NCBI GenBank assembly: GCA_045807245.1
Contig: JBJMHS010000059.1
Span: 1 to 59,851, forward strand
DNA length: 59,851 bases
Reading direction: 5' to 3'
Source: Actinomycetales bacterium
GTDB taxonomy: Bacteria; Actinomycetota; Actinomycetes; Actinomycetales; CAVURS01
Shown here piece by piece: positions 12,881 through 21,945 of this stretch. Numbering within the stretch: the stretch's first letter is position 1; every line of letters begins with the position of its first letter. The position numbers and the translations under genes are program-made. Under the pieces are notes generated by a model. It made no database searches. It saw only the letters and a program-made list of their open reading frames with translations, and was not told the DNA's origin.

Positions 12881-13600
12881 ATGCATTGGCTCAACGAACT
12901 GCTCGACCGCTTCTACAACGCGCAGTGGCACGTCACCGACACCCAGGCGATCTACTACCGCGAGATCGTCGGCAACGCGTTCGGTCTGGGCTCGGCCCTG
13001 CTCGGCATGTGGCGCAAGGTCTGGACCTGGCCGATCGGGATCGTCGGCAACGTCCTGTTGTTCACCGTCTTCCTGGGCCAGGCGCTCGGCAACGGCCAGG
13101 GCACGCCGCTGTACGGCCAGGCCTCACGTCAGGTGTTCTTCGTCGTGGTCAGCGTCTACGGCTGGTGGCGCTGGCAGCAGAACCGGCACGCCTCGGCCAA
13201 GGCGCCGGCCGTCTCACCGCGCTGGGCCAGCATGGCCGAGCGGGCGGCGTACCTCCCGGTCGCCCTGGTCGCGGTCGCCGGCTGCTTCCTCGTCTTCCGC
13301 GCGATCGGCGCCGGGTTCCCGGTGCCGTGGTGGTACTACCTGGCCGACTCGTGGATCTTCGTCGGGTCGATGCTCGCGACGTACGCGATGGCCCGCGGCT
13401 GGGTCGACTTCTGGCTGTGCTGGATCGCGGTCGACCTGGTCGGTGTGCCGGAGCTCCTGCACTTCCACTACTACCCCTCGGCGATCATGTACGGCATCTA
13501 CGGCGCCTTCGTGGTCTGGGGCTTCACGGTGTGGCTGCGGATCTCGCGCAACGAGGCCCCGCAGGGGCTGGCCGACCCGGCCATGGAGACGGTCGCCTAG
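12881..13600 (+). CDS. ribM: PnuC-family riboflavin transporter (RibM/PnuX-like)
   Basis: EIVGNAFGL...[36 protein letters not shown]; under an FMN riboswitch; GGAGG RBS before ATG 12881. Confidence 0.88.
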   Translation: MHWLNELLDRFYNAQWHVTDTQAIYYREIVGNAFGLGSALLGMWRKVWTWPIGIVGNVLLFTVFLGQALGNGQGTPLYGQASRQVFFVVVSVYGWWRWQQNRHASAKAPAVSPRWASMAERAAYLPVALVAVAGCFLVFRAIGAGFPVPWWYYLADSWIFVGSMLATYAMARGWVDFWLCWIAVDLVGVPELLHFHYYPSAIMYGIYGAFVVWGFTVWLRISRNEAPQGLADPAMETVA

Positions 13601-13611
13601 CCTTACCGCTC

Positions 13612-13875
13612 GTGAAGAGCTTCGAGGACCTGTACGCCGAGCTGGCCGAGCGGGCGCGTACGCGTCCGTCGGGCTCCGGCACGGTCGCCGCGCTCGACGC
13701 CGGGGTCCACGCCATCGGCAAGAAGGTCGTCGAGGAGGCGGCCGAGGTGTGGATGGCCGCGGAGCACGAGTCGGCCGAGCGCACGGCCGAGGAGATCAGC
13801 CAGCTGCTGTACCACGTGCAGGTGCTCATGCTCGCGCGTGGTCTGCAGCCGGACGACGTGTACGCGCACCTGTAG
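13612..13875 (+). CDS. hisE: Phosphoribosyl-ATP pyrophosphatase
   Basis: [10 protein letters not shown]...[17 protein letters not shown]...EEISQLLYH (3' part of ORF 12886..13875). Confidence 0.96.
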   Translation: MKSFEDLYAELAERARTRPSGSGTVAALDAGVHAIGKKVVEEAAEVWMAAEHESAERTAEEISQLLYHVQVLMLARGLQPDDVYAHL

Positions 13876-13909
13876 TGCAGCGAAGACAACGACGAAGGAC
13901 GGCCGCAAC

Positions 13910-14755
13910 GTGTTGCGAATCGCGGTGCCCAACAAGGGGTCCCTGGCCGAGCCGGCTGCGGAGATCCTGCGCGAGAGCGGCTATCGCGGGCGCCGCGACC
14001 ATCGCGAGCTGGTGCTGGGCGACCCGGACAACGACGCCGAGTTCTTCTTCCTGCGGCCCCGCGACGTCGCGGTGTACGTCGGCGCGGGCCGGTTGGATGT
14101 CGGCATCACCGGACGCGACCTGTTGCTCGACTCCGAGGCGGACGCGGACGAGGTGCTGACCCTGGGGTTCGCCGGTTCCACGTTCCGGTTCGCGGCTCCC
14201 GCCGGTGGCGCGAACGCCGTCGCGGACCTGCAGGACAAACGGGTCGCGACGAGCTACCCGGGCCTGGTGGGCCAGCACCTCGAGGCGCACGGGGTCAGCG
14301 CCACCGTCGTACGGCTCGACGGTGCGGTGGAGAGTGCCGTGACGCTGGGCGTCGCGGATGCCATCGCGGACGTGGTCGAGACGGGCTCGACGTTGCGCGC
14401 GGCCGGCCTGCGGGTCTTCGGTGACCCGATCCTGCAGTCGGAGGCGATCCTGATCCGCGGGCGCAAGGCCGAGCCGAACCCGCAGGTCGACATCCTGGCC
14501 CGGCGCCTGCAGGGCGTGCTCGTGGCCCGGCAGTACGTGCTCATGGACTACGACGTGCGGGTCGAGGACGTCGAGCGGGCCTGCGAGCTCACCCCCGGCC
14601 TCGAGTCGCCGACCGTCTCGCCCCTGCACGACAAGGGCTGGGTGGCGGTGCGCGCGATGGTGCTGCGACTGCGGACCAACCAGGTGATGGACGAGCTGTA
14701 CGACGTGGGTGCGCGCGCGATCCTGGTCACCGACATCCACGCCTGCCGCTTGTGA
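13910..14755 (+). CDS. hisG: ATP phosphoribosyltransferase (long form)
   Basis: LRIAVPNKGSL, LRPRD, DVGITGRD, ATSYP, DVVETGSTL, ESPTVSPL. Confidence 0.98.
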   Translation: MLRIAVPNKGSLAEPAAEILRESGYRGRRDHRELVLGDPDNDAEFFFLRPRDVAVYVGAGRLDVGITGRDLLLDSEADADEVLTLGFAGSTFRFAAPAGGANAVADLQDKRVATSYPGLVGQHLEAHGVSATVVRLDGAVESAVTLGVADAIADVVETGSTLRAAGLRVFGDPILQSEAILIRGRKAEPNPQVDILARRLQGVLVARQYVLMDYDVRVEDVERACELTPGLESPTVSPLHDKGWVAVRAMVLRLRTNQVMDELYDVGARAILVTDIHACRL

Positions 14756-15192
14756 GACCGTTCCGGCCGCGCCGGGCCCGCGTCGTCGCGGTGTCGGTCG
14801 GCGTGGTGTCGGTGGTCCTGTTCGGCGGCCTCGCCGTGGCCCTGCCGACTGCCGGGGCAGCGGACCGCGCGGGGATCGGTGCCTTCGGCCTCGCGGTCGC
14901 GTGGTTCATGTGGCGCTACGCCAGCCTGTCGGCGGTGCCTTCGGCTTCCGGTCTGCGGGTCCGGAACCTGCTGACCACGCGCTCGCTCGACTGGGCGGAG
15001 ATCGTCGAGGTCCGTCTGGTGGTGGGGGCGCCATGGGTGACCCTGGACCTGGATGACGGTGACACCTTGGCCGTGATGGCGATCCAGAAGGCGGACGGCT
15101 CGTTCGGGCGTTCGGAGGCGTCGCGGCTGGCCGCGCTCGTCGCTGCGCACGCCGGCGCGGAGCCGGACCCTCCCGACCACCCACTCGGTTGA
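14752..15192 (+). CDS. Membrane protein with bacterial PH domain
   Basis: Two TM segments, then GLRVRNL...W.EI...PWVTLDL.DG...VMAIQ; usual neighbour of hisG in actinomycetes. Confidence 0.8.
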   Translation: MRPFRPRRARVVAVSVGVVSVVLFGGLAVALPTAGAADRAGIGAFGLAVAWFMWRYASLSAVPSASGLRVRNLLTTRSLDWAEIVEVRLVVGAPWVTLDLDDGDTLAVMAIQKADGSFGRSEASRLAALVAAHAGAEPDPPDHPLG

Positions 15193-15214
15193 CCCCGCCT
15201 TGCTGATGTGGCGA

Positions 15215-15315
15215 CACCATCTGACAGTCCGTCGTGAGTGCGCGGTGACACGCGGTCGGTACGGGCATCAAGGCCTGGCATGTCGAGCCCATCACTCGAC
15301 GAACTGTCACAGGTG
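15215..15315. repeat. Palindromic intergenic element, copy A
   Basis: Arms TGACAGTCCGTCG (15222-15234) / CGACGAACTGTCA (15297-15309); aligns with the element at 58222-58330. Confidence 0.75.
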
Positions 15316-15371
15316 CCCGTCCGGTCCCTCGGGGGCGCGGGCGGGCAGGCACGCTGGCTAGGCTTCCGGAC

Positions 15372-16274
15372 GTGGAGCCTTTGGTGGATCCGGGGGCAGT
15401 GGCGCGGGCGCTGGACGGTGCCGGCTACCTCCCGGACGACGGGCTGGCCACCGCCGTCTTCCTGGCCGTCTCGATGGGCCGGCCGCTGCTCCTCGAAGGC
15501 GACCCCGGCACGGGCAAGACCGCGCTGGCCCACGCCATGGCCGAGATCACGGGCCAGCCGCTGCTGCGCCTGCAGTGCTACGAAGGCATCGACGCGAGCC
15601 AGGCACTGTACGACTGGGACTTCCCGGCCCAGCTGCTGCACCTGCGTGCTGCCGAGGCCGCCGGCCAGGCGGACAGCACGGAGGCGCTCGAGGCCGAGCT
15701 GCACGACCGGCGCTTCCTGCTGGCCCGCCCGCTGCTCGCCGCCCTGGAGACGTCCACGCCCGGCTCGCCGCGGGTGCTTCTGGTCGACGAGGTGGACCGG
15801 GCCGACGACGAGTTCGAGGCGTTCCTGCTCGAGGTGCTCTCGGACTGGACGGTCAGCGTCCCCGAGCTGGGCACGGTCACCGCGCAGGCGCCCCCGCTCG
15901 TCGTCCTCACCAGCAACCGGACCCGCGACCTGCACGACGCGCTGAAGCGGCGCTGCCTCTACCACTGGCTGGAGCACCCGTCGTACCAGCGCGAGCTCGC
16001 CATCGTCCGGCGCCGCGTGCCCCAGGCCAGCGAGCGGATCAGCGCCGAGGTCACGCGCATCGCCCAGGCGCTGCGTCGCGCCGAGCTGCTCAAGCCACCC
16101 GGGCTGGCCGAGAGCCTGGACTGGGCGCGGGCGCTGGTCGTGCTCGGGGCGCGCGACGTCGACGAGGACCTCGCGGCGCAGACGCTCGGCGCGCTGGTCA
16201 AGTACCGCGAGGACGCCCAGCAGATCGAGCGGGCCGGCGGGTTGCTCGCCCTCGCGTCGGCGGTCGGGGCATGA
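15372..16274 (+). CDS. MoxR-family AAA+ ATPase (CoxD-like)
   Basis: LLEGDPGTGKT, RLQCYEGID, LVDEVDRADDEFEAFLLE, LTSNRTRDLHDALKRRC, KPPGLAESLDW. Confidence 0.92.
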   Translation: MEPLVDPGAVARALDGAGYLPDDGLATAVFLAVSMGRPLLLEGDPGTGKTALAHAMAEITGQPLLRLQCYEGIDASQALYDWDFPAQLLHLRAAEAAGQADSTEALEAELHDRRFLLARPLLAALETSTPGSPRVLLVDEVDRADDEFEAFLLEVLSDWTVSVPELGTVTAQAPPLVVLTSNRTRDLHDALKRRCLYHWLEHPSYQRELAIVRRRVPQASERISAEVTRIAQALRRAELLKPPGLAESLDWARALVVLGARDVDEDLAAQTLGALVKYREDAQQIERAGGLLALASAVGA

Positions 16275-17383
16275 GCACGGCGGGCGACGGCACGTTCGTG
16301 GCGTTCGCCCGTACGCTGCGCGCGGCCGGAGTGCCGGCGACGCCCCAGCAGGTGCAGGCGGCCGTCGAGGCTGTGGCGCGGGTCGACGTGCTCGACCGCG
16401 AGCAGGTGTTCTGGGCGGGTCGGGCCACGCTCTGCTCGCAGCCGGACGACCTGCCTCGGTACGACGCGGCCTTCGCCGCCTTCTTCGGCCTCGAGCAGCC
16501 GTACGGCCTGGTCCGGCGTCCGCGGGTGCACCGCTCCGTTCAGTCGGTGGCCGGCATCGACCCGGCGACCTCCGAGGCCGGCCGACCGATGGAGGACCAG
16601 GCGACGCCACCATCGACAGCGAGCCCGCTCGAGGTGCTGCGGCATCGCGACGTCGCGCGGATGGACGACTCCGAGCGCGAGGAGCTGCGCCGGCTCATCG
16701 CCCTGCTGCGCCCCGAGCCCACCACCCGCCCGGGCCGACGCGCCGAACCCGCGTTGCGTGGGCGGATCCATCCCGGCTGGACCATGCGGGACACCTTGCG
16801 GCACGGCGGCCAGACCGTCCGGCTGCGCCACGGCCGGGCCCGGCCGCGCCCGCGCCGGATCGTCCTGCTCATCGACGTCTCCGGCTCGATGGAACCGTAC
16901 GCCGACTCCCTGCTGCGGTTCGCGCACGCGGCCGCCCGCCGGCATCCGGCCACCGAGGTCTTCACCCTGGGCACCCGCCTGACCCGCGTCACGGCCCAGC
17001 TGCGCCGCCGCGACCCCGACCAGGCGATGGCCGAGATGTCCGCCGCCGTACCGGACTGGAGCGGCGGGACCCGCCTGGGCGAGCAGCTGCAGGCGTTCCT
17101 CGTCCGGTGGGGGCGGCGGGGGTGCGCCCGCGGGGCCGTCGTCGTGATCTGCTCGGACGGCTGGGAGCGAGGAGACGCCAGCCTGCTCGGTGAGCAGATG
17201 CGACAGCTCTCCCGGCTGGCGCACCGGGTCGTCTGGGTCAACCCGCACCGCGGCCTGCCGGGCTTCGAGCCGCGGGCGGCGGGCATGGCGATGGCTCTGC
17301 CGTTCGTCGACACCTTGGTCGCGGGCCACAGCCTCGCGTCGTTCGAGCGCCTCGCCGACTCGCTGAGGAGCGCCGATGCGTGA
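16271..17383 (+). CDS. VWA-domain protein (CoxE-like)
   Basis: MIDAS-type DVSGSM, DWSGGTRLG, SDGWERGD, WVNPH; ATGA overlap with the MoxR gene. Confidence 0.9.
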   Translation: MSTAGDGTFVAFARTLRAAGVPATPQQVQAAVEAVARVDVLDREQVFWAGRATLCSQPDDLPRYDAAFAAFFGLEQPYGLVRRPRVHRSVQSVAGIDPATSEAGRPMEDQATPPSTASPLEVLRHRDVARMDDSEREELRRLIALLRPEPTTRPGRRAEPALRGRIHPGWTMRDTLRHGGQTVRLRHGRARPRPRRIVLLIDVSGSMEPYADSLLRFAHAAARRHPATEVFTLGTRLTRVTAQLRRRDPDQAMAEMSAAVPDWSGGTRLGEQLQAFLVRWGRRGCARGAVVVICSDGWERGDASLLGEQMRQLSRLAHRVVWVNPHRGLPGFEPRAAGMAMALPFVDTLVAGHSLASFERLADSLRSADA

Positions 17384-18557
17384 CGTGATGGACGACGTGG
17401 TCCGGCTCTGGCGCAGCGGGCAGCCGTTCGGCCTGGCCACCGTCGTGCGGACGTGGCGCAGTGCCCCCCGACAGGCCGGCGCCGCCATGGCCGTGTCGGC
17501 CGACGGCGAGGCGGTCGGCAGCGTGTCCGGCGGGTGCGTCGAGGGTGCGGTGTACGACCTGGCCCAGCGGGTGGTCACAGAAGGCGTGCCGGTCCTGCAG
17601 CGGTACGGCGTGAGCGACGACGAGGCGTTCGCGGTCGGGCTGACCTGCGGCGGGGTCATCGACGTCCTCGTCGAGCCGGTCGACCCGGCACGGTTCCCGC
17701 AGCTCGAGCAGATCGCCCGCTCGGTCGAGGGCCACGAACCGGTCGCCGTCGCGACCGTGGTCGAGCGGCCGGACGACGCCCGGGCGCAGCTCGGCAGCCG
17801 GCTGGTGGTCTGGGCCGACCGGGTCGCGGGCTCGCTCGGCTCGGCGCGGCTCGACGCCGCCGTCACGGACGACGTGCGTGGACTGCTGGCCGCCGGTCAC
17901 ACCAGCGTGCTGCGGCTGGGCCCCGACGGTGAGCGGCGGCTGGACACTCTCGCGGTGCTGGTCGAGTCGATGGCCCCGCCGCCGCGCATGCTCGTGTTCG
18001 GCGCGATCGACTTCGCGGCCGCAGTGGCCCGGGTCGGGTCGTTCCTCGGCTACCACGTGACGGTCTGCGACGCCCGCCCCGTGTTCGCCACGGCGCGGCG
18101 GTTCCCGGAGGCGGACGAGGTCGTGGTCGAGTGGCCCCACCGCTACCTCGCCGCCGAGCTCGCGGCCGGGCGGCTCGACGGGCGGACCGCGTTGTGCGTG
18201 CTGACGCACGACCCGAAGTTCGACGTCCCGCTGCTCGAGCTGGCCCTGCGCACGCCCGCGGCCTACATCGGAGCCATGGGGTCGCGGCGTACCCACGAGG
18301 ACCGGCTGGCCCGGCTGCGCGAGCAGGGCCTGACCGAGCCGGAGCTGGCTCGCCTCGCCTCGCCGATCGGCCTGGACATCGGCGCCCGCACACCGGAGGA
18401 GACGGCGATCTCGGTCGCGGCGGAGATCGTGCAGTCGCGCTGGGGCGGGTCCGGCCGCAAGCTCGGGGTGACCAGCGGCCCCATCCACCACGGCAGCGAC
18501 CTCGAGCGGGGCGAACCGCCCGCCGCGGGCGCGGTCGTCGAGGGCGCCTCGGCGTGA
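17376..18557 (+). CDS. xdhC: XdhC/CoxI-family molybdoenzyme maturation protein
   Basis: SAPRQAGA, GSVSGGCVE, VGLTCGG, LTHDPKFD, YIGAMGSRR, PIGLDIGARTPEETAIS. Confidence 0.93.
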   Translation: MRDVMDDVVRLWRSGQPFGLATVVRTWRSAPRQAGAAMAVSADGEAVGSVSGGCVEGAVYDLAQRVVTEGVPVLQRYGVSDDEAFAVGLTCGGVIDVLVEPVDPARFPQLEQIARSVEGHEPVAVATVVERPDDARAQLGSRLVVWADRVAGSLGSARLDAAVTDDVRGLLAAGHTSVLRLGPDGERRLDTLAVLVESMAPPPRMLVFGAIDFAAAVARVGSFLGYHVTVCDARPVFATARRFPEADEVVVEWPHRYLAAELAAGRLDGRTALCVLTHDPKFDVPLLELALRTPAAYIGAMGSRRTHEDRLARLREQGLTEPELARLASPIGLDIGARTPEETAISVAAEIVQSRWGGSGRKLGVTSGPIHHGSDLERGEPPAAGAVVEGASA

Positions 18558-19123
18558 ACGTCGCCGGGCTGGTGCTCGCGGCGGGGGAGGGGCGGCGGTT
18601 CGGCGGACCCAAGGCCGAGGTCCAGCTGGCCGGCGAACGGCTGGTCGACATCGGCGTACGCATCCTCACCGATGGTGGCTGCCGACCCGTCGTCGTGGTC
18701 TCCGGTGCCCGTCAGCTGGTCGCCCCCGGCGCCGAGGTCGTCCCCAACCCGGACTGGGCGAGCGGCATGGGGTCCTCGTTGCGAGCCGGACTGCTGGCGC
18801 TCGACGAGGTGGGCGCCGAGGCCGTGGTGGTCCTGCTGGTCGACACCCCTTGGGTCTCCGCTGGAGCGGTACGACGCCTGGTCACGTCGGCGGGCACGGC
18901 ACCGGCGCTCGTCGCGACGTACGACGGGCGGCGCGGCCACCCGGTCCTGCTGGACGCCGTCCTGTGGCCGGAGATCACCGAGCTCGCGGTCGGTGACGTC
19001 GGAGCCAAGGCCTGGATGAACGCCCACCCGGACCAGGTGCTGGAGGTCGACTGCACCGGGCTCGGCGACCCGCGGGACGTCGACCACCCGCACGACCTCC
19101 TGCCGCAGCCTCACCAGCCGTAG
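18554..19123 (+). CDS. MobA/MocA-like nucleotidyltransferase (probable Moco cytidylyltransferase)
   Basis: LVLAAGEGRRFG.PK, NPDWASGMGSSL, LVDTP, RGHPV, GDVGA, DVD; overlaps xdhC stop. Confidence 0.85.
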   Translation: MNVAGLVLAAGEGRRFGGPKAEVQLAGERLVDIGVRILTDGGCRPVVVVSGARQLVAPGAEVVPNPDWASGMGSSLRAGLLALDEVGAEAVVVLLVDTPWVSAGAVRRLVTSAGTAPALVATYDGRRGHPVLLDAVLWPEITELAVGDVGAKAWMNAHPDQVLEVDCTGLGDPRDVDHPHDLLPQPHQP

Positions 19124-19177
19124 GTGCCGGCGCCTTCCTGGCCCTGGATCGCCGCGCCGTCGAACCGGCCGCCCGGT

Positions 19178-20062
19178 TCACCCAGCTAGAACCGTTGCGA
19201 CGTCCTCGGCCACGAACGCGACGAACCCCTCCACGTCCTGGACGTCCTGGGTCGGTTGCAGGATGACCGCATCCGCTCCGGCGTCCGCCAGGCGCCGGAC
19301 ACCGGCTGCGACGCGTTCCGCGCTGCCTGCGACGCCGACCAGACCGAGGTCGTCACCGTTGTCGGAGTCGACCAGGTCTGCCTCCAACCGCGCCTGCGCG
19401 TCCGGGCCCGTCGCGGCGACGAGGAACACGACGATGCGCGGGCGTGGGTTGCCTGCGGCCTGGGCCGCCGCGTCCAGAAGGGTGCGGGCCGCCCGGACCT
19501 GGTCCGGCGTCGTGCCTCCGGTCAGGATCGCGCCGTCCGCCAGCTCGCCGGCCAGGGTCATGGTCTTGGGGCCTACCGCTCCGACCAGCAAGGGAGCCGG
19601 GGCGGAGGGCGGCCAGACCAGACCAACGTTGTCGAGCGCGACGTACCGTCCGGTGGAGCTCACCGTGTCGCCACTGAGCAGACGCCGGAGGGCGACCGTG
19701 TACTCCCTCAGCAGTGTCATGGGTGACTCCGCACGGGCGCCCACCTGCTCCATCCACTCCAGGACGCCGTGGCCGATCCCCAACACCGTCCGGCCGGGGA
19801 ACATGCGGTCGATCGTCGACAGCTCCATGGCCGACAGGGCGACGTTGCGCAGCGGGACGGGCAACAGGCCGATGCCGACGCGCAGCTGCGACGTCCAGGC
19901 CAGTGCCGCCGCGGCGGCGGTCAGGCCGCCCTCCTTGAAGCAGTCCTCCCACAGCCAGAGCTCCGGCAGGCCGAGTCGATCCGCTTGCATCGCAACGGCT
20001 TTCAAGCGTTCCGGTGGGTAGGAGGGCAGGAAGATGACGCCGAGGGTAGGGGCTGTGCTCAC
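19178..20062 (-). CDS. LLM-class flavin-dependent oxidoreductase
   Basis: ELWLWEDCF, GIGLLPVPLRN, LGIGHG, GAVGPKTMTLAGELADG. Confidence 0.9.
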   Translation of the reverse strand: MSTAPTLGVIFLPSYPPERLKAVAMQADRLGLPELWLWEDCFKEGGLTAAAAALAWTSQLRVGIGLLPVPLRNVALSAMELSTIDRMFPGRTVLGIGHGVLEWMEQVGARAESPMTLLREYTVALRRLLSGDTVSSTGRYVALDNVGLVWPPSAPAPLLVGAVGPKTMTLAGELADGAILTGGTTPDQVRAARTLLDAAAQAAGNPRPRIVVFLVAATGPDAQARLEADLVDSDNGDDLGLVGVAGSAERVAAGVRRLADAGADAVILQPTQDVQDVEGFVAFVAEDVATVLAG

Positions 20063-20072
20063 GTGGTCTCCG

Positions 20073-20525
20073 TCATGGGTGCTTGACGCCGGTGGTCAGC
20101 ATCTCGAGGGCCTTGGCGACCCGCCGCTCCCTGGTCTCGGGCCGCTTCGCCTCGGCGATCCACTGGGCGTACTCCTTGCGGTGGGTGAAAGCCAGGCTGT
20201 CGAACACCTTCTGGGCCGGCGCGTCCGAGGCCAGCGCCATCGCGAGCTCCTCGGGGACGTCGACGTCACGCGGCGCGGTGTCCTTCTCGATCTCGATCAC
20301 GAGCTCGTCGCCGACGTCCGCGCCGACGGTCTCGCGGATCTGCTTGGTCAGGCCCATGACGGTCTTGCCGGCGTACCGCATCAGCCTGGTGCGGTACGCC
20401 GCGCCGTTGACCGTGCCGACAACGGTCGGACGGGCCTCACCGAACTCCTTGGTCGCGTCGAACGGGCACTCGACCCAGCGCCCGCCGGGTCCGCTCGCCT
20501 CGCTCAGTACGCCGGTGAACTTCAT
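20073..20525 (-). CDS. DUF1905 + YdeI/OmpD-associated family protein
   Basis: MKFTG...VVGTVNG...D.APR.VDVPEEL...FDSLAFTHRKEYAQWIAEAKRPETRERR. Confidence 0.85.
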   Translation of the reverse strand: MKFTGVLSEASGPGGRWVECPFDATKEFGEARPTVVGTVNGAAYRTRLMRYAGKTVMGLTKQIRETVGADVGDELVIEIEKDTAPRDVDVPEELAMALASDAPAQKVFDSLAFTHRKEYAQWIAEAKRPETRERRVAKALEMLTTGVKHP

Positions 20526-20644
20526 CCGGTCACCACATCCTCGAAGTGCTGCACGTCGGGGAACGGATCGTAGAAGTGGTGCAGCAGGTCCCGCCACCGA
20601 TCGTAGGCGGCGGACCCGCGGAAGCCGTCCCTGTGGGCCTCCAG
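20522..20644 (-). pseudogene. 3' remnant of an antibiotic-biosynthesis monooxygenase (ABM)-family gene
   Basis: Manual translation LEAHRDGFRGSAAYDRWRDLLHHFYDPFPDVQHFEDVVTG*; its TGA overlaps the next ATG (ATGA); upstream frame is not ABM-like. Confidence 0.7.
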
Positions 20645-20661
20645 ACCGGCATGATGGGCCG

Positions 20662-21371
20662 ATGCTGCGGGTCGACGACATCGCGCGAGTTCCGCTCGGC
20701 CGCTTCGTCCGGCCGCCCGAGGAGACGGGCACCGGGCAGCCGCGCGTCGAGATCGTGCTCGGCTACCTGGTCCGGCACCAGCAAGGGCTGATCCTGCTCG
20801 ACACCGGCATCGGTAACGCCGACGACGAGACCGAGCAGTGGTACCGCCCGGACCGCATAGCGCTGCCCGATGCGTTGCAGCGCAACGGCGTTCGGCTCGA
20901 GGACATCGACGTCGTCGTCAACTGCCACCTGCACTTCGACCACTGCGGGGGCAACCCACTGCTGGCCGGTACGCCGATCGTGGCGCAGGTGCGCGAGCTC
21001 GAGCTGGCGCGGGGCGGCGACCACACGTTCCCCGAGCTGGTCGACCACACCGGCGTCCGGTACGAGGAGATCGACGGCGAGGTCGAGATCCGCCCCGACG
21101 TGCTGGTCCTGCCGACTCCCGGGCACACCGACGGCCACCAGTCGGTCGTCGTCCGGTGCTCAGACGGGACGGTCGTGCTGGCCGGGCAGTCGCACGACCA
21201 CACCTCGGAGTTCGCCGCCGACGCCTTGGCCGTCCAGGCGGCCCGCGACGGGCTGCCGCCACCGCTCCCCCTGGCACCGGCCTGATGGAGCGGCTGCTCG
21301 ACCTCGACCCGCGCCGGGTCATGTTCGCCCACGACGCATCCGTCTGGGAGCCGGCCGGGCCTACGAACTAA
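20662..21371 (+). pseudogene. Metallo-beta-lactamase-fold (AHL-lactonase-like) hydrolase with a frameshift near 21283
   Basis: LLDTG, HLHFDHCG, TPGHTDGHQS; frame stops at TGA 21283-21285 while MERLLDLDPRRVMFAHD...WEP continues in another frame to 21371. Confidence 0.75.
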
Positions 21372-21386
21372 GCCTTCTTGACCGGG

Positions 21387-21902
21387 CTAGGCGCCGACGT
21401 CGTGCAGGTGGTGCTCGATGTCGTGCAGGAAGTAGCGACTGAACGACGCCGTGGTGAACCGCGCGCCGTCGCTGCGGCTGGCCGTGCGGTCCCACTGCAG
21501 GCCGGAGACACCGTCGAACCGGGCCGCGATGCTGGAGCCGGCCGCGGCGAGCTCGACGGACACCTGGCTCGGGTCCTGCTCGCCGTACCGCCCGTCGACC
21601 GCTGTGGCGTCCTGGTCCCAGTTCGCGAACTCCGGGTGGTCCACCGTCAGCATCTGCTGGAGCCGGCCGTCGAAGATCGTGAAGACGTCGCGGACGTGAC
21701 ACGCGTACTCCAGCGGCGACCAGACGTCCTCGCTCGGACGTTCCGCCGCGTCCGCGCGGGTCAGGGCCTGCTGCCAGCGCGGCAGGGACGTGCGGACCCG
21801 CTCGCCGACCCGTGCAGGCTCCACGTCCGTTGCGTCGTACCCGCACTCGGAGCAGGGCTCCTCGAGCACCCAGGTCCAGTCCTTGGTGTCCGGTGTGATC
21901 AT
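21387..21902 (-). CDS. DinB-family protein
   Basis: PDTKDWTWVL..PC.ECG, WSPLEYACHVRDV, NWDQD, HDIEHHLHDV. Confidence 0.85.
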   Translation of the reverse strand: MITPDTKDWTWVLEEPCSECGYDATDVEPARVGERVRTSLPRWQQALTRADAAERPSEDVWSPLEYACHVRDVFTIFDGRLQQMLTVDHPEFANWDQDATAVDGRYGEQDPSQVSVELAAAGSSIAARFDGVSGLQWDRTASRSDGARFTTASFSRYFLHDIEHHLHDVGA

Positions 21903-21945
21903 CGACCAACGATAGGCAGGCGGCGGCCGGCCGCCTAGGTGGACA

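Noticed and set aside
15193..15371. Moco riboswitch upstream of the Mo-maturation genes
   Set aside because: I could not find the Moco RNA consensus, and the structured segment has a homologue after polA, unrelated to molybdenum
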